Source: Octopus sinensis
Taxonomy: Eukaryota
NCBI RefSeq assembly: GCF_006345805.1
Contig: NC_043013.1
Coordinates: 22,134,001-22,198,000, forward strand
Length of the DNA stretch: 64,000 nucleotides
Reading direction: 5' to 3'
Under the pieces are notes generated by a model. The model had not been told where the DNA came from. It made no database searches and was given only the letters and a program-made list of their open reading frames with translations. Made by a program: the position numbers and the translations under genes. Positions 40,943 through 52,921 of the stretch are shown piece after piece (the stretch's first letter is position 1; every line of letters begins with the position of its first letter).

Positions 40943-41276
40943 GTTGTCATAGGTACTCTAGAAATGATATCAAAAGGGGCTGATTGCTACCTAGCTCAGT
41001 ACAAGGAAACCCCAAAATGGCAGAAATTCAAAAGATAGTGCTCGTGGGAACTGCCCATATCCTACGCGAAATACTTTCTATGTAATCTCAAGTTTTAAGG
41101 CACACACAATTTTGTTATAGTTTCTTAAACACTCTCTAGAACAACTCTTTGTACAAAACCAAATATATGGCACCCTAGGCCTAACACCAACATGAACTTC
41201 CAACTTGATCTCTCTTGAGGTCTCTGGATGAGACTTGCAGCCAACTTGTCCAATGTAAAGCAAAAGTCAAACATAG

Positions 41277-41305
<29 letters not shown>
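40943..41305 (+). mobile_element. R4/Dong-like LINE 3' end (REL endonuclease C-terminus) with (AAT)n tail
   Basis: VIGTLEMISKG...GNPKMAEIQKIVLVGTAHILREILSM* matches the V.GALG...IQK.VL.GTAHILR C-terminus. Flanked by TAA-type repeats. Confidence 0.7.
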
Positions 41306-41308
<3 letters not shown>

Positions 41309-43571
41309 CAGTGTGTTTTAATCTAAGGAGAGGCCAGCAATTATGTAGGAAGGGGCTTAGCTGATACCACTGACCCCTTGAAAAAGATGAAAAGCAAATT
41401 TGACTTTGTAGGATTTTCGCATTTACATTTCTACCTCTTGGTCAGTTACCCAATTCCTCTGCATCTCTGCAAGTCACTTGCCAAACAAGTAGAACAACTA
41501 CGACTCCAGTATTGCATAATATCATAGAATATACAATAATGTATATTCTACATTAAGCAAATTTTGATGTCTAAGTTGGTGTAGAAGTTAGTGTTGTATA
41601 CAAGTGATCAACTGAAAAAGAAACAAGAAAACAAAAGCAAAAAGATTTATAAACAAGTTAAAAACATTTCTTGTTGCATTAAATTTGACAGAAAATCAAA
41701 AAGTTAATATTTCCTGACTAAACTGTCATTCAGAAAATATCTGATATGAAAGAAATGAAAAACAGGATAAATGGAAAGAAATTTGGAAAGAAAATTAAAT
41801 TTTAAAAGAGAAATGAAAAAAAAAAATTTTAATCTCCTTTGTCAATCAATTTCCAAGAATCCTTTCTCACTTATGAATTGATCAAATTATCTATTTTATA
41901 ATTTTGTATCGGGTTGCTACTGAATTCTAGCAAAAAGGTCATTATTTAGTATCTGTCTTGGAGAAACATGTCTTCTTATGATTATATTATTATCATGTCT
42001 AAGATCATTTTTCAGCACCTATTTGGTAAAATCTGCTTTAACACCATTTTGAACAGTATTTTGAACAGCATACATTAGAATTTTAATCTAACAAGTTTAG
42101 GAAGCTTTTAAAAACTCTTGACCTCCAGTTCACATTGAACCTGGAAGGAGATTTTATTCGTTTAATTATTTTGGAAGTGTTTCAGATCTGCTCTCTTTCT
42201 TTCATTCTTTTTCCCCTTTTTTTCTTTCTGAGAACCATTGTAGTTTGATTGGCACCTTGTTTCTGAGTCCTTAGTATTAGGTCCTCAACTGATAAAGGAA
42301 AAAAAGTATGCCAAAGTTGTTATTGTGCGTTATATTGCCAATGCAATAAGAAGCGCCAAGATTTTGCCAAACTTCTGCTTCGTTAAGAGATAAAATAAGA
42401 TTAAAAAAAAAGTATGCTAATGATAATAATAATAAAATTAACCACAACATCATGTATGTATCTATACCCACCACACATACACCCACCACCATCACCATAT
42501 TTCGTTCTATTTAGTTAGTTTCTAATAAGATTACACACACACACACATATACACATACACACATATACACATACACACGTGTGTGTGTGTGTGTGTAATA
42601 TTAAAGATTAGTTTGATAGAAGGATAAATGGAATCTTTCAGCTTTATTATAATCTGGTTGTTCATATGTGTCTGTGTGTGATTGTGTGTGATTTGCTAGT
42701 GTGTATATGAGATGGTTTGTATGTGTTACTTGATGTGTGTGTGTGTGTGTATGTATGTAATGTGTATGTATATGTAATTATATAATATACATTCACTATT
42801 AATGTTATGAAGAAAGAAACGGAAAGTGTATTACACAATTTCTGTGAAGAAAATGTGTTAAAAGCAATGATGTCTTCAGTGCCAAATTGTCTACTTGGAA
42901 TCACTTTTGGTGAATTTTGGATAAACCTCTTTATTTAATTTCCTTATAGAATGGTGAGGTGCCAATATTGGCAGCTTAGCTTGTCTTAACTACAACTAAC
43001 TGGATTTGCAAAATGGTTATTTTTATAATGAAGTGAGATGCAAAAATAAGTGCAGAGTTAAACATTCCATCTAACAACTGCATGGAGCCAGGTTCAGTTT
43101 TGTTGTGCAGCACCATTCAAGTGTAGGCTGATGCCAGTGCCACCTGACTGGCCCTCGTGCCAGTGGCACACAAAAAGCACCCACTACACTGTCAGAGTGG
43201 TTGGCATTAGGAAGGGCATCCAACTGTAGAAACCTTGCCAGATCAGATTGGAGCCTGGTACAGCCTCCTGGCTTGCCAGTCCCCAGTCAAACCATCCAAC
43301 CCATGCCAGCATGAGAGGCGGACGTTAAGCGACAACAATGATGATGATATATGTATATGAAGGTGCACAGCTAAGTAGTTATAGTATTCATCGGAGATGG
43401 TGTGAGAGGAAAAATTAAGTCATAGAATTCATATATACACACACTGACATAGAACCAACGTTGAACCCTTTATTCGTAATATTACCGAGTCTGGAACATA
43501 ATTATGGTCTGTCTATAGCACTTACTCAGCATTACTTAACACCTTTGGGTCTCAATGACACCATTTTCTCT

Positions 43572-43937
43572 TATATATATATATATGGTGGTTGTCTACT
43601 CCTTATGTAGAGTTTGACCACCTCCTGTACCTACACCTTAGCACCATCATGGCATCTGATGTGGCTTTTTAAACCAGACAATGTTCTGAAAAGACACCCA
43701 CGTAGATTGCACTGCTAATTTGGACCACCAATACCTGCAGATAAGTTCTGCTCTTTGCGAATCTAAACATGTCTTTTCAGGCCTCTGTTGGATTGCAAAC
43801 CTTTTGGCATACACTGCATTGGAAGGTGTGCACAGACATATAGTCTGAATAGTTGGTGGAGGTTCATTTTCCATGTGTTCGCAGATGAGATTTGAGGCCA
43901 GCAAAAGACAGGCATGGTCTGTCACAGACTGTGCACA
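43572..43937 (-). mobile_element. Second RTE C2H2-tail fragment (frameshifted)
   Basis: Clear nucleotide similarity to 36475-36830; CTVCDRPCLSFAGLKSHLRTH; (TA)n tail. Confidence 0.8.
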
Positions 43938-45286
43938 CACACGCACGCATGCGTGCGTACACATAAATATACACATAGATATACGTATACACATACACAC
44001 ACACACACACATGCACACACACACCATCATCATCATCATTTAACATCCGTTTTCCATGCTGGCATGGGTTGGACAGTCTAACCAGGGCTGGTAAGCTTAG
44101 GGGCTGCACCAGGTTCCAGTCTAATTTGGCATGGATTCTACAGCTGGATGCCCTTCCTAATGCCAACCACTCCGAGAGTGTAATGGGTGCTTTTATGTGC
44201 CAGCAGCACATGTGCCAGTTATATGACCCCAGTATCTGCCACGACTATGATTTCACTTGGCTTGATGGGGTTTGGGTTAGGGTCATCTTTTGCCAATTAA
44301 ACACATGCATTATTTATTTGATCTTCACTTTAGTTTCATTAATATATCATTTCTGGTTTATCTCTCTGTCAGAGTTCCTTTGTCACACAATGTGTGACAT
44401 CTTCCCTACCTATTTCATTGTAGACCCTGCTTCTGGGTTTGAAACTATTTCTGCAGTTCCTCTACTGTTTCTGCTAGGAGGAACATGCTGTCACAATATA
44501 TGACACACTACAGAAAGCTCAAAGAGCTATAATGAACAAATAGGGGACTGGGCAAAGAGCCCTAGCAGACATGTATCTATTTTAGAACTTTCTCTATTGA
44601 AATCATTATTGATCCTAACCCTGCTAAAAGCAGTCTCGGACAGGAAGAAGGTATGCACAGCTCCGGTTGAAGACATTCTTCTCTCCATATTAATGAATAC
44701 AAAGTAAAGGGGTTTGTCCTTAATTACGAACTTCTAGTGCAGTTGTCTCACCAGAAATTAGGCATCTGTAGTTTCACGACCTGTGGAGTTACAATTATAT
44801 ATGGCCATAAGTATAAATACATGCGCACGCACACACACACACACACCACACACACACACACACCAGGTGCTACATAAAGAGCACTGGAGCCGGTGCTATG
44901 TAAAAACCACCCAGTACAATCTGTAAAGGGGTTACGGTTAAGATGGGCTTCCAGCTGTAGAAACCATGCCAAAACATGCTGGAATTTGTCAAAGTGTCTA
45001 ACCCATGCCAACATGGAAGAATGGTAAATGATGATGATGATGATAACGATGACATACTTTCTTCATGTACAATAAAATAGTCATAGATCTCACCACAGCA
45101 TCTAGTCCATCCTCTTCTCATTCGCTACAAACTCTGATCAAGAAACATCCTGATCTTCAATAATTACTTTGTTTTTCATTTAACTCTCAACAACAGCTTC
45201 ACTTTATTTTTCTTATTGTCAAACATTCATAAATGAAACTGATTATTTGCGTATAGTCTTGTGTGTGTGTGTGTGTGTGAGAGTGT

Positions 45287-45323
<37 letters not shown>

Positions 45324-45329
45324 GGGTTT

Positions 45330-45660
45330 CATAATGCATGGCAATATGGACTGCCACCTCTTTGCATTGATTCAAGTCTGAGCTGTGAAACAAAGAATTA
45401 TTGCTGCCTTAATTGCAGTCAGTGCTAATGGTAGCATTGCTGCGATGATTACGGAAGAAATGATAAATTCTGACGTGATGATTGAATTCTTTGATGGCAA
45501 CCAACCTTCTATAATCACGGAAAAACTAATTCTTGTAAAGATTATTACAAAAATATTGTCAAACTTTTGATTTTAAGAAGAAATGAATGCATGTTTCTTC
45601 TTTATTTACTGCAATTAAACTCTGTCAAAAAATTTGTTTCGATAAAATAAAATTTTAAAA
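45330..45660 (+). pseudogene. Highly decayed IS630/Tc1-like DDE transposase relic
   Basis: IIAALIAVSANGSIAAMITEEMINSDVMIEFF and downstream MFLLYLLQLNSVKK resemble the SLI.AIS..G.....EG..N...F..F and FLPPYSPQLNPIE motifs. Confidence 0.35.
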
Positions 45661-47087
45661 ATGGACAAAAGCAAAACAAATTTTGCTAAGAACTGTAATC
45701 AAAAACCTGGCAAGAAAGAAGCATTAATGAATCTAGAAATGCAAATCGGCAAAGCGTTTTTTGATGTCTTTAGAAAATATCGTAAACTGGCTTTCAATGA
45801 AATGCTTGTCTTGGTGATCTTGGTTTTGGTTATGTTGTGTTGAATATTTTTGGTGCGATGCTGTAACGGCAGTTATTTCCTCTGAATGGAAAAAGTAGCT
45901 TGGCATTAAAAGCATCAGCTTACCTGTGCTGGAGAAATTGCTGTGTTGGCATGGACAAATTAAATAAATGGATGTTGAGTGCTGGCTGAGAAAGTGCTGC
46001 TGCAAGCTTTCACTGGGAAAGTATTTGATGTAAAAGAAGAGGTGAAGTCAACATTGGGAAAATGTAACGAGGTCAGACCCCCAGCATGTTGGTCCCTAGG
46101 AAACAAAAGACAAACCCATTGGGCCGCGGGGGTGGGGTGAGGTGGTGTAGGTGGTGGTGGTGGTGGTGTTGTTGTTGTTGGTGTTGTTGTTGTTGTAACA
46201 TGATAAACCTGTCCACATCATTCTAAAAAGGGATTCTAAATATATGAAATTTAGAGAGCGGGGAAACAGACATGAACTGGTTTCAGATTTTGGCACTGGG
46301 CCAGCAATATTACAGGAGGGTGTAAATCAATTATATTGGCCCCAGTACACAACTGGTACTTATTTTATCAGCCGTGGAAGGATGAAAGGCAAAGTCCACT
46401 CAGCAGAAATTGAACTCAGAACATAAAGATGACTGAAATGCCTCGAAGCCTGTTGTCCGTTATGCTAATGGTTCTGCCAGCTGACTGCCTTAACAGAAAT
46501 TTTTCTTGATACAATAAAGTAACAGACGATATTTTTTAATTGCCAGCAGCAACATATTTATTTTCACCATTTTGTGTTAAAAAAATTTTTTTTTTAAATC
46601 ATAGAAAAAAATTTTCATTTTTCTTTAAAGAAAGAAAATTAAAAAGAAGAAACATAAAAGTTTAGAACGGAAATTTCTTCAATAATTAAAAAAATCATTA
46701 ATGAATACACTTAATTGGATTGATACAAACAGTCAGCTATTTGTTTAGTAATCTAACTTCCTGTTGACTTGGTCTGATATGTGTGCCTGTGTGTGTGTGC
46801 ACATGTGTATATGTCTATGTGAGGGTATATATACTTTTATATGTATGTGTATGTGTATAAATATATGTATGTGTGTGTGTGCATATGTCTATATATGTGT
46901 AGGTTTATATATATATGCTTTTATATGTATGTGTATGTGTATAAATATATGTGTGTGTGTGTGCATATGTCTATATATGTGTAGGTTTATATATATATGC
47001 TTTTATATGTGTATGTATGTATATGAATAGATGTGTGTCTGTGTGTGTGAACAAATTGTTCCTTTGGGATTGTTCAAGTGATGTAAT

Positions 47088-47115
47088 CCCTAACCCTAAC
47101 CCTAACCCTAACCCT
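47088..47115. repeat. Short interstitial (CCCTAA)n telomere-type repeat
   Basis: About 4.7 perfect CCCTAA units. Confidence 0.85.
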
Positions 47116-47138
47116 TATAAAAGTTGAAAATCAATTAA

Positions 47139-47446
47139 CCCCTTACCCGGCAGAAACGAATATATGCATTTTGACCGAAATCGTTTTTTTCTATCTCTGG
47201 CGAGTTAACTCGTCAAAAGATAGACTCGCCAAAATCGACAGCAAACAAGTTCCTTCGTCTAAAAACGGGTTAACTCGTTTCTACCCAAAGTGGTAATTTA
47301 AAATCAATATTATTGAATTAAAATTCATAATAAATAAGGTTTGAAATATACCTCGAAATCACCATTCAAAACATAGTAAAATAAAACAATTAAAAAATAT
47401 GTCTGAAAAAATACATTTATTTTCAAAATAATTGTTGGGTAAGGGG
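47139..47446. mobile_element. piggyBac-type MITE
   Basis: TTAA|CCCCTTACCC ... GGGTAAGGGG|TTAA: perfect 10-bp TIR and TTAA TSD. Confidence 0.85.
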
Positions 47447-47629
47447 TTAAGGCTGTTGATAATTTTTTTTGTTTTTTTTTCCTCCATCTACAGAGAAATC
47501 GGTGAATGTAACATATATGTTATGTCTACAGCTTTTCCACTCAGCTTCAAAGCAACCAGATAATTAATTCATAAGAGTGGCCGACACCAGCATCACCCAA
47601 CACACTTTCATGCAAGAAAGCTCAGATAT

Positions 47630-48175
47630 AAACAGACATGCACACACATACACATGTATATGCACACATGCATACATACACACACCCACCCACACATATA
47701 TATATATATGCACACTCACATGCACGCACACACATTTATATGCACACATGCAAACACACACACATGTATATGCACACACAAACACACTCACACACATGTA
47801 CATGCACACACGCACACACACACACATGTATATGCATACACGCACACACACATACACACTCAATCACATGTATTTGCATGGACGCATGCAAACACACACA
47901 CACACACACACATTTATATGCACACATGCAAACACACACACATGTATATGCACACACACTCTCACACGTATATGCACACATATACGAACACACACATGCA
48001 CACACACACACAAACACACTCACACACATGTATATGCACACGCACACACACACATGTATATGCATGCACGCACACACTCAATCACCTGTATTTGCATGGA
48101 CGCATGCACACACACACACACTCACATGTATATGTGCACACACATACACACATGTATATGCTCACACACACACAC
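47630..48175. repeat. CA-rich compound microsatellite/minisatellite
   Basis: Repeating CACACATGTATATGCA modules; source of the HTHT ORFs. Confidence 0.9.
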
Positions 48176-48373
48176 GCCATGTTTTCTGGAATGCAATTCA
48201 ACATAGCATATCATGAAAACATGTGATGTATGCATTCAAACAACCTTACTACCTAAATCTTGTTGCATTCCGCATGGAATTTTTGGTCCTCCAGAATGTC
48301 TTGGTGTCTAAGTTGACCCATCTCATAGCATGGCACTAACCTGTGCATTACTAATTATTTCAAATAAATGACA

Positions 48374-48492
48374 CTTCATTAGGTTACAGCTGTTTCTGCT
48401 ATAAGAAGCAGTACAATCAGCAAGATGCTGCTCAACCACTCAGCTCTGAGTGCACTGCTTCTTAGAGCAGAAACAGCTGTGAGCTAAAGAAG
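48374..48492. repeat. Inverted repeat (~42-bp arms, 35-nt spacer)
   Basis: ACAGCTGTTTCTGCTATAAGAAGCAGT (48386-48412) vs ACTGCTTCTTAGAGCAGAAACAGCTGT (48454-48480), one mismatch. Confidence 0.85.
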
Positions 48493-49373
48493 TTGATTCC
48501 CTTCCTGTTCCTTTGACATTCAATGATTTATATTACACTCTTTACTTTCCTATCACTTTATTCTAAAGCTTATGTATTTTGACTTTTGACAAATGGCTGT
48601 TAGTATTGCTATACCTAGACAAGTTCATTATATCATCATCATCATCATCATCATCGTTTAACATCTATTTTTCATGCTGGCATGGGATGGATGGTTTGAC
48701 TGAGGTCTGGAGAGCCAGTGGCTGCACCAGGCTCCAATCTGATCTGGCAATGTTTCCACAGCTGGATGCCCATCCTAATGCCATCCACTCCAAGAGTGTA
48801 GTAGATGCTTTTTATGTGCCACCGGCACAGGAGCCAGTCAGGCGGGCCTAGCATTGATCACATTCGGATAGTACGTGCCACCAGCACAGGGGCTAGTCAG
48901 GGGGTACTGGCACCAGCCACATTCAGATGGTGCTTTTACATACCAACCAGCATGGGAGACAGTCAGTGGGTACTGGCATCAGCCACATTTAGATGGTGCT
49001 TTTTACGTACCACCGGCATGGAAGCCGCCAGTCAGGTGGACCTAACATTATAATATAAAAAGATGGAATTAGCAAGCTTTAAACCAATTCACTACAATTG
49101 TATATCCAATAACAGAATTCCTGTATGTTAACATATGGTAGCCAATACATGTAGAGGAGCTTTGTAAAGCATCCTATAAGGTTATTACCCAGATGATAAT
49201 ATATAATATATATATATATAAAGTTGAACGGAATTGTGTTTTAATATAGCATGTTTGAAAGAAAAGCTGCTTTGTATTCACACACACACATATATATACC
49301 CATATGCACATTTTTAATTTTGGCATATACTCCTATTATATTACTTTTCTGTGTATTATTTGATGTATTTCAG

Positions 49374-49471
49374 GGTTTTACAGCTGGGCTGTATGCATTT
49401 TATCGAGATCAAGATGGTAACCCTCTGACCACTCGGGAAGGATATGACAATAAACCTATATACAACCGCAC
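49374..49471 (+). CDS. LMLN: LMLN internal coding exon F
   Basis: tatttcag|GGT...AC|gtgagt; 98 nt, phase 0-2. GFTAGLYAFYRDQDGNPLTTREGYDNKPIYNR(T) continues HEILHAL-GF as in M8 peptidases. Confidence 0.93.
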
Positions 49472-50931
49472 GTGAGTAAACTTCCTTTAATTGGTAGAAG
49501 CATAAGTGAAGAAGGGGAAAGTCTTTGCTGTATTTTGCTATGTCTAGTGTTCCAAGTTCAAATCCTGCCATGGTCAGCTATGCCTTTCATCATCCTAGGA
49601 CTTTCATTCTTCAAAGATCAATAAAACGTATGCTTGAGTGCTGAGGTTAATTTATTTGACTAGAGATACTGTGATTGAGAAGAGCCGTCAAGCCAAGTGA
49701 AAAACAATCATGGATAATGCTGGTATCACGTAACTGGCACCTGTGCCAGTGGCACTTGGAAAGCACCTTTTGAGTGTTGGGCTGCATGGAGGCAATGACT
49801 GAGACCTTTGGCATTATGTTGTGCTTGAGAAGAAGACCCATCAAGCCAAGTAAAATCACAGTCGTGGCAGATACTGGTGTCACACAAATGGTGCCTGTGC
49901 CGCTGGCATGTAAAAGCACCCATTACACTCTCAGAGTGGTTGGCGTTATGAAGGGCATCCAGCTATAGAAACCATCCCAAATCAGACTAGAGTCTGGTGG
50001 AAATGAATTCCAAAAGACATAACTTATCCTTCAGGAATTGTCTTTGAATGACCTGGTTAAAACAGCCAGCATACAGGTTCCTCTCTGAAGATTTTCTGCT
50101 GTTCAGCTCTTCCCAGAGTTCCTTATTACTTATCAAATCATGGACCCTGTGCTGGTGGCACGTAAAAAGCACCCATTACACTCTCGGAGTGGTTGGCATT
50201 AGGAAGGGCATCCAGCTGTAGTAACCATGCCAAATTAGACTGGAACCTGGTGCAGCCACTAAGCTTACCAGCCCTGGTTAAACTGTCCAACCCATGCCAG
50301 CATGGAAAACGGATGTTAAACGATGATGATAATGATGATGATATATGTGTCATGTATCTGATATAGAATGTGAATCCATATCATACTTCACAGATTTGGT
50401 ACAGCCGATACAGTATGCATATGTGTGTGTGGATGTGTCAGTGTGTGTGTAGCATGATTAGATTCCCATTAAATTCCACTCCAATTGCTCTTCTAGAAGA
50501 TGAGACTCTAAGGCTGACACTGTTATGACTTGAATATGTTCTTCAGCAGTGACAAGTGCTGTCTTATTAGCATGGCTCATTGACTCAGACATTTCATGCC
50601 ACGTGGCACCTGATGTTACGCCACCTTCAACATTGTACGTGAATGGAAGAAGACAAGCTAATAATGGTGATAGCAGTAGTGATGCTGTCAGTGGTTGATG
50701 TCAACGACACTTTGATACATACAATGCTAAAACCAAGGATGACGATAATGGTGGTGGTGGTGGTGGTGGTGGTGGGGATAGTGCTGACCATAATGGCATT
50801 GGTGCCAAGACTACAGACAATATAGACAGCTGCTTCTGTTGGTGATGATCTCAACCAATAAAACAAATGACTTCATTAAATATTTGTAATTCTCTGCAAT
50901 GAGAACCCATAACTCTGTACATACAGAATGG

Positions 50932-50970
<39 letters not shown>

Positions 50971-51448
50971 TGTGTGTGTGTGAGTGTGTGTGTGTGTGTG
51001 TGTTTGTGTATGTGTGTGTACGTGTGTACATACACACCTGGTTATGTATTTCCATATCTGAGTAGACACATATTACATTTTGGGTGATTTTGTTTTATAT
51101 TTATGTCTTTGATTTTTGTGTAATTCATGTGTGTTTGTGTATTTACATTCGAGTGTGTGTGTGTGTGTGTGTGCGGGTTATATTTTATGTATCTTTACTT
51201 CAGAATAAAGCATTGATTTATATCTGATTCTTTATGTGCCTGTATAGCAGATGTGTGTGTGGGTTTGTTTCTGCGTATATGTGTGTGTGTTGTGTTGTCT
51301 ATGTGTGCGTGCACGTGTGTGTGTGTGTGTGTGCGTGCGTGCGTGGTGTGTGGTGTGTGTGCGTGCGTGTGTGTGTGTTGCATTCATGAATGTATGTATC
51401 TGGAAGAATTCTTAGTCAGATGAATCAACCCCGGTCCATACTTTTTTA

Positions 51449-51504
51449 ATCCCACATCACCAGTTCTGCTTACCAAAAGTGGCCCACTTGGCACCGTGCA
51501 TTCG
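51449..51504 (-). pseudogene. 28S rRNA fragment (~55 bp), duplicated at about 51643-51693
   Basis: Minus strand AGTGGGCCACTTTTGGTAAGCAGAACTGGTGATGTGGGAT matches the conserved eukaryotic LSU segment AGTGGGCCA(C/T)TTTTGGTAAGCAGAACTGGCG.TG.GGGATGA. Confidence 0.8.
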
Positions 51505-52380
51505 TTGTCGCATTAGTTTCAAAAAGTATGGACTCTATTAGTTTCTTTTGCCAAACTGCTAAGTTACAAGGGCTTAAACACACCAACACTAATTAGCAAA
51601 TAGTGTTACGGACTCACAGACACACACACATTCACACACACAATCCCACATCACCAGTCTCTTTACCAAAAGTGGCCCACTTGGCACGTCATTCAGTTTC
51701 GTCATTAGTTAAAAAGTATGGACTCTATTAGTTTCTTTTGCCAAACTGCTAAGTTACAAGGGCTTAAACACACCAACACTAATTAGCAAATAGTGTTACG
51801 GACTCACAGACACACACACATTCAACAGGCTTCTTTCAGTTTCCATCTACCAAATTCACTCACAAGGCTTTGGTTGGCCAAGGGCTATAGCAGAAGACAC
51901 TTAGCCAGGGTGCCATACAGTGAGACTGAACCAAGAATCATATGGTCAGCAACGATGTATCTCGAATCCCCTACACTATGGAAGAAATACATTCCTGAAA
52001 AAACTTCATACAGCATAATATTCTGAAAATGTAAAATTGATTTTCCTGCATGTTTCTGTAATAAACCCCTTAAAAGCAGACTCATGATGAAAGGGAGCCT
52101 TGCTGTCAACATCCCTTTTTATTTTGTTTTTTTTTATTGCATCAGGGACCACATTTATTCTTTTATTCTTTTGCTTGTTTCAGTCATTTTGACTGCAGCC
52201 ATGCTGGAGCACCGCCTTTAGTTGAACAAATCAACCCCAGGACTTATTCTTTGTAAGCCTAATACTTATTCTATTGGTCTCTTTTGCCAAACTGCTAAGT
52301 TACAGGAATGTAAACACACCAACATTGGTTGCCAAGCAGTGGTGGAGGGACAAACACAGACACACACACACACACATATA

Positions 52381-52921
52381 CAAGGGTGAGCCAAAAAGTA
52401 ATGCCATTTTGTTTAGGACAGGTATAATTAATTACCAACTCAGGAACATGTATCATACATCAAAAGGAAGCTGGTCTTCTGTGGATCACCTCCCTACTTC
52501 TCAACAGTCACTATTTCTATCAATAACAATGTTCCACCTTCGAATGAGAGCATGTATCCCTGCCCTGTAAAATTCTGTTGACTGTTCTTTGAGCCACTTC
52601 TTCACTACAAAGTCAAAGAGACAACACCTTCTTTCAAAGGCTCATAACAAGTGATGAAACATGGGTTCATCATTATGAACCGGAATCAAAGAGGCAGACA
52701 ATGGAATGGTGCCACCGAAAAAGTTCAAAACACAAAATTCAGCTGGAAAAATTATGGTGACTGTGATTTGGGATGCTCAAGGTGTCATTCTGGTTGATTT
52801 CTTGCCAAAAGGAAAAACAAGAAACTCATAATAAGCTTCATTTTGATGTATGATTCATGTTCCTGTGTTGGTAATTATACCTGTCCTAAACAAAATGGCA
52901 TTACTTTTTGACTCACCCTCG
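52381..52921. mobile_element. Internally deleted and rearranged mariner element inside a family 1 SINE (52158-53140)
   Basis: TA|CAAGGGTGAGCCAAAAAGTAATG ... CATTACTTTTTGACTCACCCTCG|TA with ~90-bp inverted ends. Plus strand LITSDETWVHHYEPESKRQTMEW / KIMVTVIWDAQGVILVDFL; minus strand WLKEQSTEFYRAGIHALIRRW. Confidence 0.9.

Noticed and set aside
44586-44650. Possible extra LMLN exon (ttttag ... gaag|gtatgc)
   Set aside because: 65 nt would shift the frame, and exons E and F already join as HEILHAL-GF.
47088-47115. Chromosome end or fusion site
   Set aside because: Fewer than five units, one orientation, inside an intron next to repeat sequence.
49990-50140. Minus-strand HDLISNKELWEEL... peptide
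   Set aside because: Only faintly resembles an RTE-like C-terminal region; not enough to call.
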